Shown here piece after piece: positions 31,343 to 41,513 of a DNA stretch of 64,000 nt. The first letter of the stretch is position 1. The number at the start of each line of letters is the position of its first letter. Origin of the DNA: a virus; the IMG/VR virus record IMGVR_UViG_3300043470_000217, positions 32,001 through 96,000 of that record. One strand, 5' to 3'. Under the pieces are notes generated by a model that ran no database searches, had not been told where the DNA came from, and worked only from the letters and a program-made list of their open reading frames with translations. The position numbers and the translations under genes are program-made.

Positions 31343-31710
31343 TACTTTAGGATTTTAATTTCTACTTTTGGGTTTTTGTTGTCATATTCATAAGGTACAA
31401 ATACCGGGATTAACTCATCAGCATTATCATCATCTATCCAGTCAAACTTTACCATTGCATCTTGTACAGCTTGTGCTATGTTAATCATATCAAACTTGTG
31501 TCTGCTCTTTCTATAGAACTTAAACTCTATATACAATGGCTTAGGAAGACCTTTAGATTCTTTTCTGAATGCTTTGGCTTGTTCTTTCCAATACTCATCA
31601 GTAGCAAGCTTCCACTTTCTTGTTGCAGCGCTAGCTATGCTGTATTTTCCTGTCCAAATTCTACTGTTTTTACTAGAAGGTGTGTTACCGGGTATTGTAA
31701 ATATTTTCAT
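31342..31710 (-). CDS. rusA: RusA-family Holliday junction resolvase
   Basis: PGNTPSSKN, FDMINIAQAVQDAM...WIDDDN. Confidence 0.72.
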   Translation of the reverse strand: MKIFTIPGNTPSSKNSRIWTGKYSIASAATRKWKLATDEYWKEQAKAFRKESKGLPKPLYIEFKFYRKSRHKFDMINIAQAVQDAMVKFDWIDDDNADELIPVFVPYEYDNKNPKVEIKILK

Positions 31711-32675
31711 AACTGGATATCTAATATTGATTTTACTTCAGGATAACTATGATCCATTACTGAATCAGATATATCTTTTGATAACTGCAAATATAAAGGT
31801 TCTAGATATGAAAATTGATTAATGTACTTCAATGTAGCTCTATTACCGGCCTCATCATTGTCAAAAAGAATATAGCACTTCTCATAGTTTTTACTTACAT
31901 CATCCAAGTACTCTTTCTTGATCATAGTATTCTCAGAGTCTGGTGCCAGAAAATCTATTTCCGGATACATCTTCTTTAAACACATACCATCTTTAAGAGA
32001 GGATACAATAACAAGCTTAGAACTATTAGATAACTGTTCACTACCCTGTACATAATCTTTTACTTTTAAGAATTTCTTCTTCTGAACTTTAGGCTGATAG
32101 ATTTTAACTAGTGTACCATCTTTCTTGAAGTAACCGTATATATTAGAGCCCTCAATATTTAAGACTTTATATATACCATCCTCTTCTTTAAACATAGTAT
32201 AAGTACTAAGAGGCTTTACGTTATAGTGTTCTAGCAATCTAGATCCTATACCATACTTACTCCAATAACTTTTATCTAGTGTATTCCATTGTCTAAGTTC
32301 ATATCTATCAATCTTGTATTTATTATACTGTTTAAATACTTGTATATCATATCCCCCGTTATTGTGCAATACAAACTCATTGTAATCTCTTACAATCTTA
32401 TGCATTGTATTTAACCGGGTATCTATACCAAGCATCTTCTGTACTAAATCAACACAATCACCGCCATTATCTGTGGAGAAATCTTTGTACTGATATCTAT
32501 CCTTCTCTGGTTTAAAGTAGATACACATACTGGGAGTTCTTTCACTAGGGTTAAAGACAGATTTAATCTTAATATCTTGACCAGTTAACTTCTGATCTAA
32601 TCTACAATAATGTTCAAATACCCATGCTATAGGCACTGACTTTATATCCGGAATTAGGATCTTCGTACTAATCAT
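31707..32675 (-). CDS. DNA primase (TOPRIM)
   Basis: ERTPSMCIY...YKDFS; SSLKDGM; LFDNDEAG. Confidence 0.85.
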   Translation of the reverse strand: MISTKILIPDIKSVPIAWVFEHYCRLDQKLTGQDIKIKSVFNPSERTPSMCIYFKPEKDRYQYKDFSTDNGGDCVDLVQKMLGIDTRLNTMHKIVRDYNEFVLHNNGGYDIQVFKQYNKYKIDRYELRQWNTLDKSYWSKYGIGSRLLEHYNVKPLSTYTMFKEEDGIYKVLNIEGSNIYGYFKKDGTLVKIYQPKVQKKKFLKVKDYVQGSEQLSNSSKLVIVSSLKDGMCLKKMYPEIDFLAPDSENTMIKKEYLDDVSKNYEKCYILFDNDEAGNRATLKYINQFSYLEPLYLQLSKDISDSVMDHSYPEVKSILDIQL

Positions 32676-32686
32676 AACTGCAATAA

Positions 32687-32717
32687 TAAAAAAGGGGGAC
32701 CATATAATCCCCCTTTT
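32687..32717 (-). terminator. Intrinsic terminator
   Basis: AAAAGGGGGA...TCCCCCTTTT hairpin. Confidence 0.7.
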
Positions 32718-32736
32718 ATATAATAAACTTTAAAAC

Positions 32737-33417
32737 TTAAAAGTCAAATCCTGTAGATGTATCAGTATCACTCTTAAATGGATTAGTATCACCAAATGAT
32801 TCTACTACTTCCACTTTAGCTTTCTTGATATGCAATTCAGGATTGTAAGCAATTAACTTACTTGGGCTTGCAGCTGCTGATTCCATAGCATATGCGTCTT
32901 TGCTAGACTTTGGCAAGAACAAATCATAGTTGATATAACCATTCTTCTCATACTCTTTACCATTAACACACATCTTAAAGAGACTGCCATCAGAGATAAC
33001 ATTGTTAGCTCCTTTTACAAAATCTTCAATTGTTGCAAATTTACCATCAGCTTCTTCAAACCATTCAAGTTTATTGCTTGCAATACACAATTGCTGAATA
33101 GCACGGAGAATACTCAAGTCACGGCTAATCTTGATACCGGTCTTAGTTTCACCATCAGAGAAAGGATAAAAGCCAAACTTAACTTTACCAATCTGACCTT
33201 TGTAACGGGGACCAGATGGCTTGTCTTTATCTACTAAGAATCCTTCAAATTCAGAACCCATATCAGGTCCTTCTACATTCAAAATCAGGTGGTAAGCACC
33301 TGCTTTGTAACTTACACTCTCTAATGCAATAGAGTTAATTTTCACGGTGTGTTCACCGGGGCTCAGGGTTTTCTTTGGCGAGCTACTTGTAGCTTGCACG
33401 TCTTTAGTGCTAATCAT
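32737..33417 (-). CDS. Putative single-stranded DNA-binding protein
   Basis: LSPGEHTVKI N-terminus, acidic tail ending GFDF, next to the Sak4-like gene. Confidence 0.55.
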   Translation of the reverse strand: MISTKDVQATSSSPKKTLSPGEHTVKINSIALESVSYKAGAYHLILNVEGPDMGSEFEGFLVDKDKPSGPRYKGQIGKVKFGFYPFSDGETKTGIKISRDLSILRAIQQLCIASNKLEWFEEADGKFATIEDFVKGANNVISDGSLFKMCVNGKEYEKNGYINYDLFLPKSSKDAYAMESAAASPSKLIAYNPELHIKKAKVEVVESFGDTNPFKSDTDTSTGFDF

Positions 33418-33422
33418 GGTTA

Positions 33423-34106
33423 TTAATTTTCGTAGTTAATTATTGCTTGTTTTACAAATTCTAAATCATTGGGAACTTCAAAAGACTCAAACATTCCGGC
33501 TGGAGACTTACATGTATTCTCACCATTGTTCTGGGTCTCAAATACATAGCGCATACCATTATCTTTATCTTTCTTTACTTTACCAAATAAAACTATAGAG
33601 AATAGTCCCTCCAAAGTTAAACTGTTATCTACTAATTTACCAATAGTCTTGGCCTTAAATTTTCTTCTGCCTTCTAAGTCTTGAGACTCTTCTGCATGGG
33701 TTAAGAAAAATACATATAAGTCATCACGTAGTGTAGTTGGAAGCTTTGCAATTGTTGCAATGCTCTTAGCAATACTAGTGAACTTATCAAAACCTTTCTC
33801 TTCTGCTCTATCAAAATACTCAAATGCTGACATGTACTGAAAATCATCTATGATGATATTCTTAATCTCAGGTCTCTTCTCACTTACATACTTAAGACAG
33901 GCTTCAATTTCTTTAGCACCGGCTCTAGTGTACATGTTACCAGACTGATCTTCTCTACTCCAAATCTTGTACTTAGTCTTCCATCCTTTAAATGGAAGTG
34001 GTTTGTTTGCTACATTAATAATAAATGTTTCTTTTGGGTCCAGGTTAGCAATACTTGTGCTTTTACCTGCACCGCTCTCTGCGATAATAAGGATACTTTG
34101 GCTCAT
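33423..34106 (-). CDS. Sak4-like / AAA_24 ATPase
   Basis: AESGAGKSTS, IIIDDFQY, KTIGKLVD, CKSPAGMF. Confidence 0.8.
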   Translation of the reverse strand: MSQSILIIAESGAGKSTSIANLDPKETFIINVANKPLPFKGWKTKYKIWSREDQSGNMYTRAGAKEIEACLKYVSEKRPEIKNIIIDDFQYMSAFEYFDRAEEKGFDKFTSIAKSIATIAKLPTTLRDDLYVFFLTHAEESQDLEGRRKFKAKTIGKLVDNSLTLEGLFSIVLFGKVKKDKDNGMRYVFETQNNGENTCKSPAGMFESFEVPNDLEFVKQAIINYEN

Positions 34107-34107
34107 A

Positions 34108-34662
34108 TTATTTTGATTTTATAATTTCATTTAACCACTGCTTGTTACTAACAGGCTTCTTAAGCATGATAGCAGCAAGATCTCTAATTGTAAGCATATT
34201 AAAGGGCTCATCTGTTGGACCTAAGTCTAGAGTTGGCAATTTAATTTCTTTCTGAGTTTGTGCAACAGGCTGCTGCACAACTCTAAGTTCTGATACAGGA
34301 ATCATGTATCTCTCTTGAATACTTTCTGTAGCTTCAATTACATCATACTCTGTTCTCCAGTGTGGATTAAATACCCACTTGTACAATGTTCTCTTCTGAT
34401 CTTCAGGAATGTACTCACTGCTAACAAATTCAGTGTAAATGTTCTTAGGTACATCATAATACTCTGCTCTCTCTATCTCAGAGGCAAAGAATGTAATGTG
34501 CTTCTCATCTTTCATAGCCGGTTTATAGGCCATTTTTGGAATAAACAAAGGTTCAGATACACTTTCATGCATGAATTTTTCCATTTGGAACTCATACAAG
34601 TCTTGTATCCTTTTCTTTCTTTCTTCCGTTGTAAGTTTCTGTGTTGATTTTGTGCTTATCAT
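34108..34662 (-). CDS. Hypothetical protein
   Basis: Packed ORF ending LTIRDLAAIMLKKPVSNKQWLN. Confidence 0.6.
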   Translation of the reverse strand: MISTKSTQKLTTEERKKRIQDLYEFQMEKFMHESVSEPLFIPKMAYKPAMKDEKHITFFASEIERAEYYDVPKNIYTEFVSSEYIPEDQKRTLYKWVFNPHWRTEYDVIEATESIQERYMIPVSELRVVQQPVAQTQKEIKLPTLDLGPTDEPFNMLTIRDLAAIMLKKPVSNKQWLNEIIKSK

Positions 34663-35621
34663 ACGGTTTTTATTCTTCTTTCTTGTGTTGCGGGTGTCTC
34701 CATTTCTGTGACACTCATTTTCTCAAACTGGGCCTTAAAGAAAGACATCCGGTTATCACCATTTCTTGCTTTAAGAAAGTGCATAACAAGAGTCTTATCA
34801 TCTTCAATGATATATCTATCAGGTCCGTAATACTTAATCTTTTGTTTAGCGGGTCTATTAAGACCTACCACTAAGTCTGCGTGCTGTAGTAGAGCATCAC
34901 CACCAAAGATATCAGAGTCAAGTATGTAGTTACCATACTTACCATCTTCATTTCTCTCAGGAGATTCTACACTTCTGTTTAACTGACTTAGTACTATCAT
35001 TGTAATTGGGTATACACGTTTTATCTCAGTAAGCATCTCACCAAATTCATATAACATCTCGTATTTGTCTTTATGATATGGGGCTTTCTTTAATAGAATA
35101 CTGTGGTCCAGTGTAACAATAGTCTTAGTCTGATACTCATTAATGTACTTGTCTACTATATTGCGCATCTCATTTACAGTGCAAGGCTGCTCAACAGTGT
35201 CAATTGGGTAATGTACTTTCTGTTTAGCTAACTCATAGCATTGTAATAGTTCTTCATTGCTTAATTTATTTCCTTCAGCACTACATAGATACTTATATGT
35301 TTTACCTAAGCTTGCGCTAAAATCCCTTAAGCAAGAAGTTTGCATAATCATCTCAAAGCTGAACTCTAATACTCTAAATTGAGTATCAGGATTAAGAGCA
35401 AAGGCTTCCCTGATAATCTGATCTTTAATCAAAGTTTTACCTGCACCTGGTCTTCCACCAATAACATTAAGTGTGTTCCACTCAATACCATTAGTAGTAG
35501 CGTCATTAAACTTTGCCCACGGGGTCTGAATGGATTTAATAACTCCATCAGATCTACCCTTCATGTACTCTAAAGCTTTCTTAAAGCCATCTTTTCTAGG
35601 AATCCATAACTCTTTTGTCAT
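34659..35621 (-). CDS. dnaB: DnaB-like replicative helicase
   Basis: GGRPGAGKT, FSFEM, LSQLNR, LKARNG. Confidence 0.88.
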   Translation of the reverse strand: MTKELWIPRKDGFKKALEYMKGRSDGVIKSIQTPWAKFNDATTNGIEWNTLNVIGGRPGAGKTLIKDQIIREAFALNPDTQFRVLEFSFEMIMQTSCLRDFSASLGKTYKYLCSAEGNKLSNEELLQCYELAKQKVHYPIDTVEQPCTVNEMRNIVDKYINEYQTKTIVTLDHSILLKKAPYHKDKYEMLYEFGEMLTEIKRVYPITMIVLSQLNRSVESPERNEDGKYGNYILDSDIFGGDALLQHADLVVGLNRPAKQKIKYYGPDRYIIEDDKTLVMHFLKARNGDNRMSFFKAQFEKMSVTEMETPATQERRIKTV

Positions 35622-36211
35622 ACTACTCTTTCTTTAAAATGATTATCATCATCCATATCTACACCATCTACAATCATTGAGCAGTAGTTTGCTAACTCAG
35701 ACATTTTAGATTTGTCCGGCTGTGTTTTGCTAATAAAGTATTGTGATGTCTGCATATATAGATAATTCTTTTTCTCATACTCATCTACATAGTGAGCAGT
35801 TGCTTTAAGAATGATATCCCAGGGATAATCAAATGTCTTGAAGAACCATCTAAAGTTACTCTCTATGTTTTTCTTGTCTGACCTAGCAAGTTTCCCGCTA
35901 GGTAATTTGCGTTTTGGGAATAGATTCAGATACTTAACAATATTCTCCTTAAAGTCATCACCAACCACTTGTTTAGTTACCTCTTCCTTCTTGACTACAA
36001 AGAACTCATCTATTTTTTCTAGTAGTTCAATACCTTTAGGAAGTATTACATTCTGGTCAGTTACAAAGCCCTTAAATTTAAGCTCTCTAAACTCTGCATA
36101 AGGATTAATATTAGCTGTTTGTATCTTATCTCTAAGTGAATGCAGCATGTAGTGCTGGTTCGGAGTTATCCCATTCTGTAATAATATGTTGAATATTTCT
36201 TCCATGTTCAA
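35618..36211 (-). CDS. Putative replication initiator / helicase loader
   Basis: wHTH-like N-terminus, YLNLFP; directly upstream of dnaB. Confidence 0.45.
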   Translation of the reverse strand: MNMEEIFNILLQNGITPNQHYMLHSLRDKIQTANINPYAEFRELKFKGFVTDQNVILPKGIELLEKIDEFFVVKKEEVTKQVVGDDFKENIVKYLNLFPKRKLPSGKLARSDKKNIESNFRWFFKTFDYPWDIILKATAHYVDEYEKKNYLYMQTSQYFISKTQPDKSKMSELANYCSMIVDGVDMDDDNHFKERVV

Positions 36212-36632
36212 TTGCTTTTAATACGTCACGTTTAACAGATTCATACACTGTTAAAAATCTATTGTCTTTGATATATATAAGATCAGTAGCTCTCTTAACT
36301 GAGTATATAATAGTGCTATGATCTTTATTTAAGAATCTACCAAGCTCACTGACACCATAGTTTAGTTCCTTGCATATTTTACAAAATACTTGATGGTGTA
36401 ATACCCTGTCATCTTTTCTTGATTTATCTAGTAAACGTATAGTAGTTTGTTTACCATTTGAGTATTTATCTAGGTTTCTATCAACAATATCAGCCAGTTG
36501 AGGGATGGTTAGTCTGTATACAGCATCTAATTCTGTTAGTATAATTACTTTCACATCATATTTGCTGCGTATGTATTTTTTAAATTCATTAATTTCTTCG
36601 TCTACTTCTTTAACTTTTGTTGTTTGTTTCAT
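36132..36632 (-). CDS. Second DnaA domain-IV-like HTH protein
   Basis: KSRKDDRVLHHQVFCKI...ELGRFLNKDHSTIIYS. Confidence 0.7.
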   Translation of the reverse strand: MKQTTKVKEVDEEINEFKKYIRSKYDVKVIILTELDAVYRLTIPQLADIVDRNLDKYSNGKQTTIRLLDKSRKDDRVLHHQVFCKICKELNYGVSELGRFLNKDHSTIIYSVKRATDLIYIKDNRFLTVYESVKRDVLKAIEHGRNIQHIITEWDNSEPALHAAFT

Positions 36633-36661
36633 AGTTGGTTTGTATATTAATAGTAGGAGTA

Positions 36662-36669
36662 CAAATATA
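36662..36669 (-). promoter_or_regulatory. Bacteroidota -7 element driving the replication operon
   Basis: TATATTTG on the minus strand upstream of 36632. Confidence 0.6.
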
Positions 36670-36827
36670 ACTCACTAACGTTATATCCACAATAACCTAT
36701 CTAGAAATCTGTATATCTTTTGAAAACTTCTATCATTCATAGTGTTAATTTAGGTGGGGATGCCTTCCTCTGTTTGCAGGTTTCTGCGGATAGGTTTTTT
36801 AAGAGGAAGGCTAACCCTTTTTAAAAA

Positions 36828-37139
36828 ATGGCTACAAGCATTATTGATAGAATCAAAATCTGGGCTAGTCCTGTAATTGTCTCAATACTTGGGATGATGA
36901 TCTGGGCTGATGTAACAGAGATGAAAAGAGATATCAAACGTCTGTTAGAGGTATCAAGTGCTCAACAAGCAAGAATTGAATCATTAGAGAAGGACCTCTC
37001 TTTGATTAAAGGTAACTACTTTAGATCTGCCAGTAATGAAACTGAAGATACTAAAGACAGGTTACCTTTTTTTATTCCCTTTGCTAAACATGAAGAATCA
37101 TGTGATTTAGAAAAGTTGGTCCAAAAAGCAAAAATTTAA
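36828..37139 (+). CDS. Single-TM coiled-coil protein (holin-like/lysis-associated)
   Basis: WASPVIVSILGMMIW followed by a heptad coiled coil. Confidence 0.5.
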   Translation: MATSIIDRIKIWASPVIVSILGMMIWADVTEMKRDIKRLLEVSSAQQARIESLEKDLSLIKGNYFRSASNETEDTKDRLPFFIPFAKHEESCDLEKLVQKAKI

Positions 37140-37146
37140 ACCATTT

Positions 37147-37674
37147 ATGAAATACCGATTATCACTCTTATTAGCTATTACATTACTTGCATGTAACCCT
37201 GTTAGACTTGCTTTCAAAGAAAAACATATCAGTAAAACCAAAGAAGAATTCTTCAGAAGAAAGCTTTGCGTTGTTGATACCATTATTGATACCGTTACTC
37301 ATATTGATACTTTTACAGATATTGATACCATGATTGAAACAAAGATCATTCATGATGGTCTAAAGGGTGTTTACTTGGATACTACAGTTAATGATGTAAG
37401 AATCAGTATTAAGAATGGTGTAATTACTAGTTACTGCCCTGAAAAAACCAGGACTATTGTACAAAGTAATACCATCACACAAAAACTGCGTGATAAATCT
37501 TATGAGTCTGTATTGGAAAAAGACATTGCTGATAGAGATAGCATCATAAAAGAACAAGAACTTATCATAAAAGATAAGAGCTCAGACATTAAAAAATTAA
37601 AGATTGAGCTCTATGGTCTTTTAGTTGCTATTGCCCTTTATGTTGGCTTCAGAATCAAGACTGCATTTTTCTAA
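37147..37674 (+). CDS. Lipoprotein with C-terminal TM helix, putative unimolecular spanin
   Basis: Lipobox LLAC; repeated DT beta segments; C-terminal LYGLLVAIALYVGF. Confidence 0.6.
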   Translation: MKYRLSLLLAITLLACNPVRLAFKEKHISKTKEEFFRRKLCVVDTIIDTVTHIDTFTDIDTMIETKIIHDGLKGVYLDTTVNDVRISIKNGVITSYCPEKTRTIVQSNTITQKLRDKSYESVLEKDIADRDSIIKEQELIIKDKSSDIKKLKIELYGLLVAIALYVGFRIKTAFF

Positions 37675-37818
37675 TTGATATCTTTTATTGATAACATCTA
37701 AGCTGCAGCTTACACCATATTTAAATTTAAGAAACCTGGCTATAACAGCTGGGTTTTTTTCTTTGTACTTCTTATGTATATAAGTACAGATTACCATGTC
37801 AATAAAGTCTCTTACCAT
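37621..37818 (-). CDS. Small hypothetical protein
   Basis: Follows ung; VIARFLKFKYG. Confidence 0.4.
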   Translation of the reverse strand: MVRDFIDMVICTYIHKKYKEKNPAVIARFLKFKYGVSCSLDVINKRYQLEKCSLDSEANIKGNSN

Positions 37819-38534
37819 TTGATTACAGTTTTATCTTTTTGTTTTAAGTGCTCATTAGTTTTGTTAAATACATCATTGCAATCCCACACACCTTTGTTAT
37901 ATGCAGCACTTGCCGGGTGAGAAGCTTTTAGTATTAGATTTTTATCAGAGATAACATCTTCAAACTGGTGAGCTACTTTACCAAGCAATATATAAACAAT
38001 ATCTGATTTATTAAAATTAATTGTATCAATAACAATATTTATAAATGGCTTCCATATAGCCTGATGTGTTCCCGGCTTATTTAGTTCAACTGTAAGTGCA
38101 GTGTTTAATAATAATACACCTTGATGCGCTAAATATTTAAGATCCGGGTTTCTATCTTCTTCAGGTTTACCTAAAGCATCAAAGATATACTGCAGTGATG
38201 GTTGTATTTTCATACTATTACCGCAACTAAATGCTAAACCATCTGCTACTGTACCATCTGGATGACTATGATGTAACCAAGGATAAGGATCTTGACCAAT
38301 AATAACAACTTTTAAATCTTTTAATTCACACTCAATAAAAGCATTTAAAGTATTTTTAACTTTTGGTACAAATCTTTTACCTTGCTCCACTTCATACACC
38401 AGTTTCTCTAGTATATCTGCAAACTCACTCTTTGTAATGAAGTGATTAAGAGCACTATGCCAGTCTTTATTTAATAATCTATCAGTTAATTTTTTTTGTG
38501 TTTCACTAATATTTATTGTTTGTGTTGTATTCAT
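37812..38534 (-). CDS. ung: Uracil-DNA glycosylase family 1
   Basis: VVIIGQDPYP, GLAFS, QGVLLLNTALTV, SHPAS. Confidence 0.9.
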   Translation of the reverse strand: MNTTQTINISETQKKLTDRLLNKDWHSALNHFITKSEFADILEKLVYEVEQGKRFVPKVKNTLNAFIECELKDLKVVIIGQDPYPWLHHSHPDGTVADGLAFSCGNSMKIQPSLQYIFDALGKPEEDRNPDLKYLAHQGVLLLNTALTVELNKPGTHQAIWKPFINIVIDTINFNKSDIVYILLGKVAHQFEDVISDKNLILKASHPASAAYNKGVWDCNDVFNKTNEHLKQKDKTVIKW

Positions 38535-38551
38535 TTGTATATTTGTGTATT

Positions 38552-38902
38552 ATGTCAGAAAAAATTGAAGTATTACCATTATCTACAGTAGTAGATATTA
38601 AAGTAAACGGGGCCTTCTTAACCCGTGTACAAGCATTGTTGATGTACGTCTTAAAAGATTTATCTAAAGAAGAAGTACAAGCTGCTAATGAAAGAATCAA
38701 GAATCAACAACATTCAGAGCCCTGGGAGTTTCATTATGAAACTTTAGCTATCCTTATCAATGATATTGAGAAGTATGCTAAAGATAATAATCTTACAGAG
38801 ATGAAAACTGTAGAAGAGATTGAGCAGGAAGCTAAGAACATGATTGATCTTGAAAGTGCAGAACCTACTCAGGAAGATGCACCACAGGAATCAGGTGACT
38901 AA
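38552..38902 (+). CDS. Hypothetical acidic protein
   Basis: ATG at 38552 preceded by TATATTTG (38538-38545). Confidence 0.6.
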   Translation: MSEKIEVLPLSTVVDIKVNGAFLTRVQALLMYVLKDLSKEEVQAANERIKNQQHSEPWEFHYETLAILINDIEKYAKDNNLTEMKTVEEIEQEAKNMIDLESAEPTQEDAPQESGD

Positions 38903-39288
38903 CACCCAATTCCCATACTGGCGCACATTTCTTCAGTAACTTGTATTACTTGACTCATTTCCTCTTTTGAGCAATCGCCAAAAGATTTGATAATAGTGGT
39001 GGTTTCCCCATCACTATTATTTTTTATAATCAATCCTGCTTTCTCTTTAACCAATAGTTTAATATCTTCAAAGTTGTGCCCGGTAAACACTGCAATCTCT
39101 CTACATGCAGCATGTGCTTTAGAGATTTGTGCAAGTGTAGCTTTGGGCCCATTTAATTCAAAGATTACATTTACTGTAAAACCATCCGGTACTACTCCAA
39201 CAAACTGGTTATAAACTTTCTTAATAGCATCATTATTAAAATCTAATTTGCCTGCTTTCTTAACTAAGGTTGTTGTGAATACTTTCAT
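38899..39288 (-). CDS. NinB/Orf-like recombination protein
   Basis: TLAQISKAHAACREIA...KSFGDCSKEEMSQVI. Confidence 0.5.
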   Translation of the reverse strand: MKVFTTTLVKKAGKLDFNNDAIKKVYNQFVGVVPDGFTVNVIFELNGPKATLAQISKAHAACREIAVFTGHNFEDIKLLVKEKAGLIIKNNSDGETTTIIKSFGDCSKEEMSQVIQVTEEMCASMGIGC

Positions 39289-40388
39289 AAATCTAATTCT
39301 AGTTGATTAATGTTCTTCCAGGTAATCTTGTTTTGATCTAAATCAGATAGCGCTTCTTTTACCCATGTCTCATCTATAGTATTACTATAGCATAAGATAT
39401 GAATAATAGATTTATCATCTGGATTTAGTCTCAGCAATCTACCTATACGCTGATTAGACTTGCGCTCATTACTATAACTATGTAAGATAATACCTTCCTT
39501 AAGATTAGGAATGTTAATACCCTCATTAAGTTGTAGTACACAGCTTAGTCTGTTTATAACACCATCTTTAAAGTTCTGAAGGTTTTCTTCAGATTTCTTA
39601 TTTCCAGAATGGTAACTATATCTACAAAGTTTATCAGCCTGTTCTTTTGTATTAGCAAATACTATACATTTATGATTACTATTATTCATAAGCTGTGTAG
39701 CATACTTCTCTTTGCTTGGTAAACTCATCAGTGTTTTCATGCGCATGATTCTTAAAAACCTTACTTCTTTCTCACTACTGGCATTCTGTAATTTATTATT
39801 CCAGAAAGTGTACTGCTTAAACTCTGATGTATACCATACACCCGTTTTCTTAGATTCTTTCTTCATGTTATTTCTAGTATCCAATGGCATTGTGTGCACA
39901 TGAATCTCATAATCATTAAGAATTTTATCATCAATTGCGGTGTCTACAGTATATGTAAACTTAACAGGACAGTACTTGTATACTATATCTGCTTTACTAC
40001 CTCTTTTAGGGGCTGTACCAGTTAGTCCAAGGATTCTACCCCGGTAACTGCTCAACCACTCTAAATGAGTATCTAATAGACTATGCATCTCATCTAGGTA
40101 CACACAGTCATAATCTGTTTTATTCTTGCTTAAAGATAAATAAGTGGTAAAAGTAATATGTTCTAGTAACTCATCACACTCAAACTTCTTACAATCATCT
40201 ATCCAAGATTGGAAGATAGATCTTTTTGGTGCTACTACTAGATATCTACTTTGGTCATGAAGATAATACTGCATATGCATTAGGCCCAGTTTAGTTTTAC
40301 CGGCACCCATACTCATTACAGCACTACTTCTTTTATGTTTAACTACTTCTATTAATGCATTTTGTTGTACTTGGTCTCTTTTTGTCAT
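39285..40388 (-). CDS. SF2 helicase
   Basis: MGAGKT, LDEMH, GLTGT, LNEGINIP, QRIGRLLR. Confidence 0.9.
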   Translation of the reverse strand: MTKRDQVQQNALIEVVKHKRSSAVMSMGAGKTKLGLMHMQYYLHDQSRYLVVAPKRSIFQSWIDDCKKFECDELLEHITFTTYLSLSKNKTDYDCVYLDEMHSLLDTHLEWLSSYRGRILGLTGTAPKRGSKADIVYKYCPVKFTYTVDTAIDDKILNDYEIHVHTMPLDTRNNMKKESKKTGVWYTSEFKQYTFWNNKLQNASSEKEVRFLRIMRMKTLMSLPSKEKYATQLMNNSNHKCIVFANTKEQADKLCRYSYHSGNKKSEENLQNFKDGVINRLSCVLQLNEGINIPNLKEGIILHSYSNERKSNQRIGRLLRLNPDDKSIIHILCYSNTIDETWVKEALSDLDQNKITWKNINQLELDL

Positions 40389-40561
40389 TTAAATTTTAGA
40401 TAAAGTGTCCAGAACAACCATCCTAATGTTATACTAAACTTATAGGTTACCCCGGTTCTAGAAATAGCAATAAATGGTAATGGATAAAAGAAGATGTAGG
40501 GATAGTCCCTTTGTCCTAATTTCTTTCTGAAAAAGTTGTAGTAAGTTGATTGTATTTTCAT
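40385..40561 (-). CDS. Small hydrophobic protein (58 aa); not in ORF track
   Basis: Translated by hand: MKIQSTYYNF...GWLFWTLYLKFK. ATGA overlaps at both ends. Confidence 0.55.
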   Translation of the reverse strand: MKIQSTYYNFFRKKLGQRDYPYIFFYPLPFIAISRTGVTYKFSITLGWLFWTLYLKFK

Positions 40562-41217
40562 GGCAGTTCTATTGAATATGGTACATTGATTAGCTCATAA
40601 TGTTCATTGAGCTGTGATGCATTAACATGAATACATCTTTCTACTAATTGGATACCACTACCTTCATGTATATGTCCACATACGTGCAATCTGGGTTGTA
40701 TCTCATCTATCTTCTCTCTTAATAAGGGGCAACCTACATGCTTTCCATTATTAGCTGCTAAATCACCGGTATATAATGGTGGCCCATGTGTAATTAATAC
40801 ATCACATGGTTCTATCATATCAATGACTTCCTGCATATCCTGTTCTTTCTTATTAAAAGCCCAGGTATCTCCAAAGAACCAAGGAGTCCAAGGCATTCCA
40901 TAAAATGTAACACCTTCTAACTCTATAGAACTATCTTTTAAATAGATAATATCATTCTGCTCTAACTCTGCTATACCTTCAGCTAACCAGTCTGGCATTT
41001 CACCATACTTATTATCAAAAGATTTATCATGATTACCGGCAATAAATACTATATATCTATACTTAGGTTTAATTCTCATTAACCAACCAAAGAAATCTTC
41101 TACATCATGTCTACCACCTCTATTACTAAAGTCACCGGCATGAATTAAGATATCACCATCAGGAAGATTAACATTTTCATGCATTGTATGTGTATCAGAT
41201 ATACAAACTATTCTCAT
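40558..41217 (-). CDS. Calcineurin-like metallophosphoesterase
   Basis: SDTH, HAGDF, AGNHD, ITHGPP, GHIHE. Confidence 0.92.
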   Translation of the reverse strand: MRIVCISDTHTMHENVNLPDGDILIHAGDFSNRGGRHDVEDFFGWLMRIKPKYRYIVFIAGNHDKSFDNKYGEMPDWLAEGIAELEQNDIIYLKDSSIELEGVTFYGMPWTPWFFGDTWAFNKKEQDMQEVIDMIEPCDVLITHGPPLYTGDLAANNGKHVGCPLLREKIDEIQPRLHVCGHIHEGSGIQLVERCIHVNASQLNEHYELINVPYSIELP

Positions 41218-41480
41218 AAGTCATTAATTTTTTTAGCAACTTTATATAATACTAAATAGCCAATTAAATCTGTAATCACATCCTCATCTTCATCAGACTG
41301 CATGTTCTTAATTCTATTTAGCTTATCATCAATTCTAACAAGAATCTGTTCAGTATTACTACTCTTAGAGAGTATCCGGATAGGATTCACTGCTGAATCA
41401 CCATACTTTCTATTCTTCTCTATTAGTAACTCTTTAATCTGGTCACATGTCTCTTGAATTAGTAATTGTGTGTTAGTCAT
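41214..41480 (-). CDS. DUF1599 / nucleotide-modification-associated domain protein
   Basis: KNRKYGDS...VRIDDKLNRI...DLIGY; TATATTTG at 41487-41494. Confidence 0.7.
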   Translation of the reverse strand: MTNTQLLIQETCDQIKELLIEKNRKYGDSAVNPIRILSKSSNTEQILVRIDDKLNRIKNMQSDEDEDVITDLIGYLVLYKVAKKINDL

Positions 41481-41513
41481 AACTTTCAAATATAAAAAAT
41501 AAAGGGGATATTT

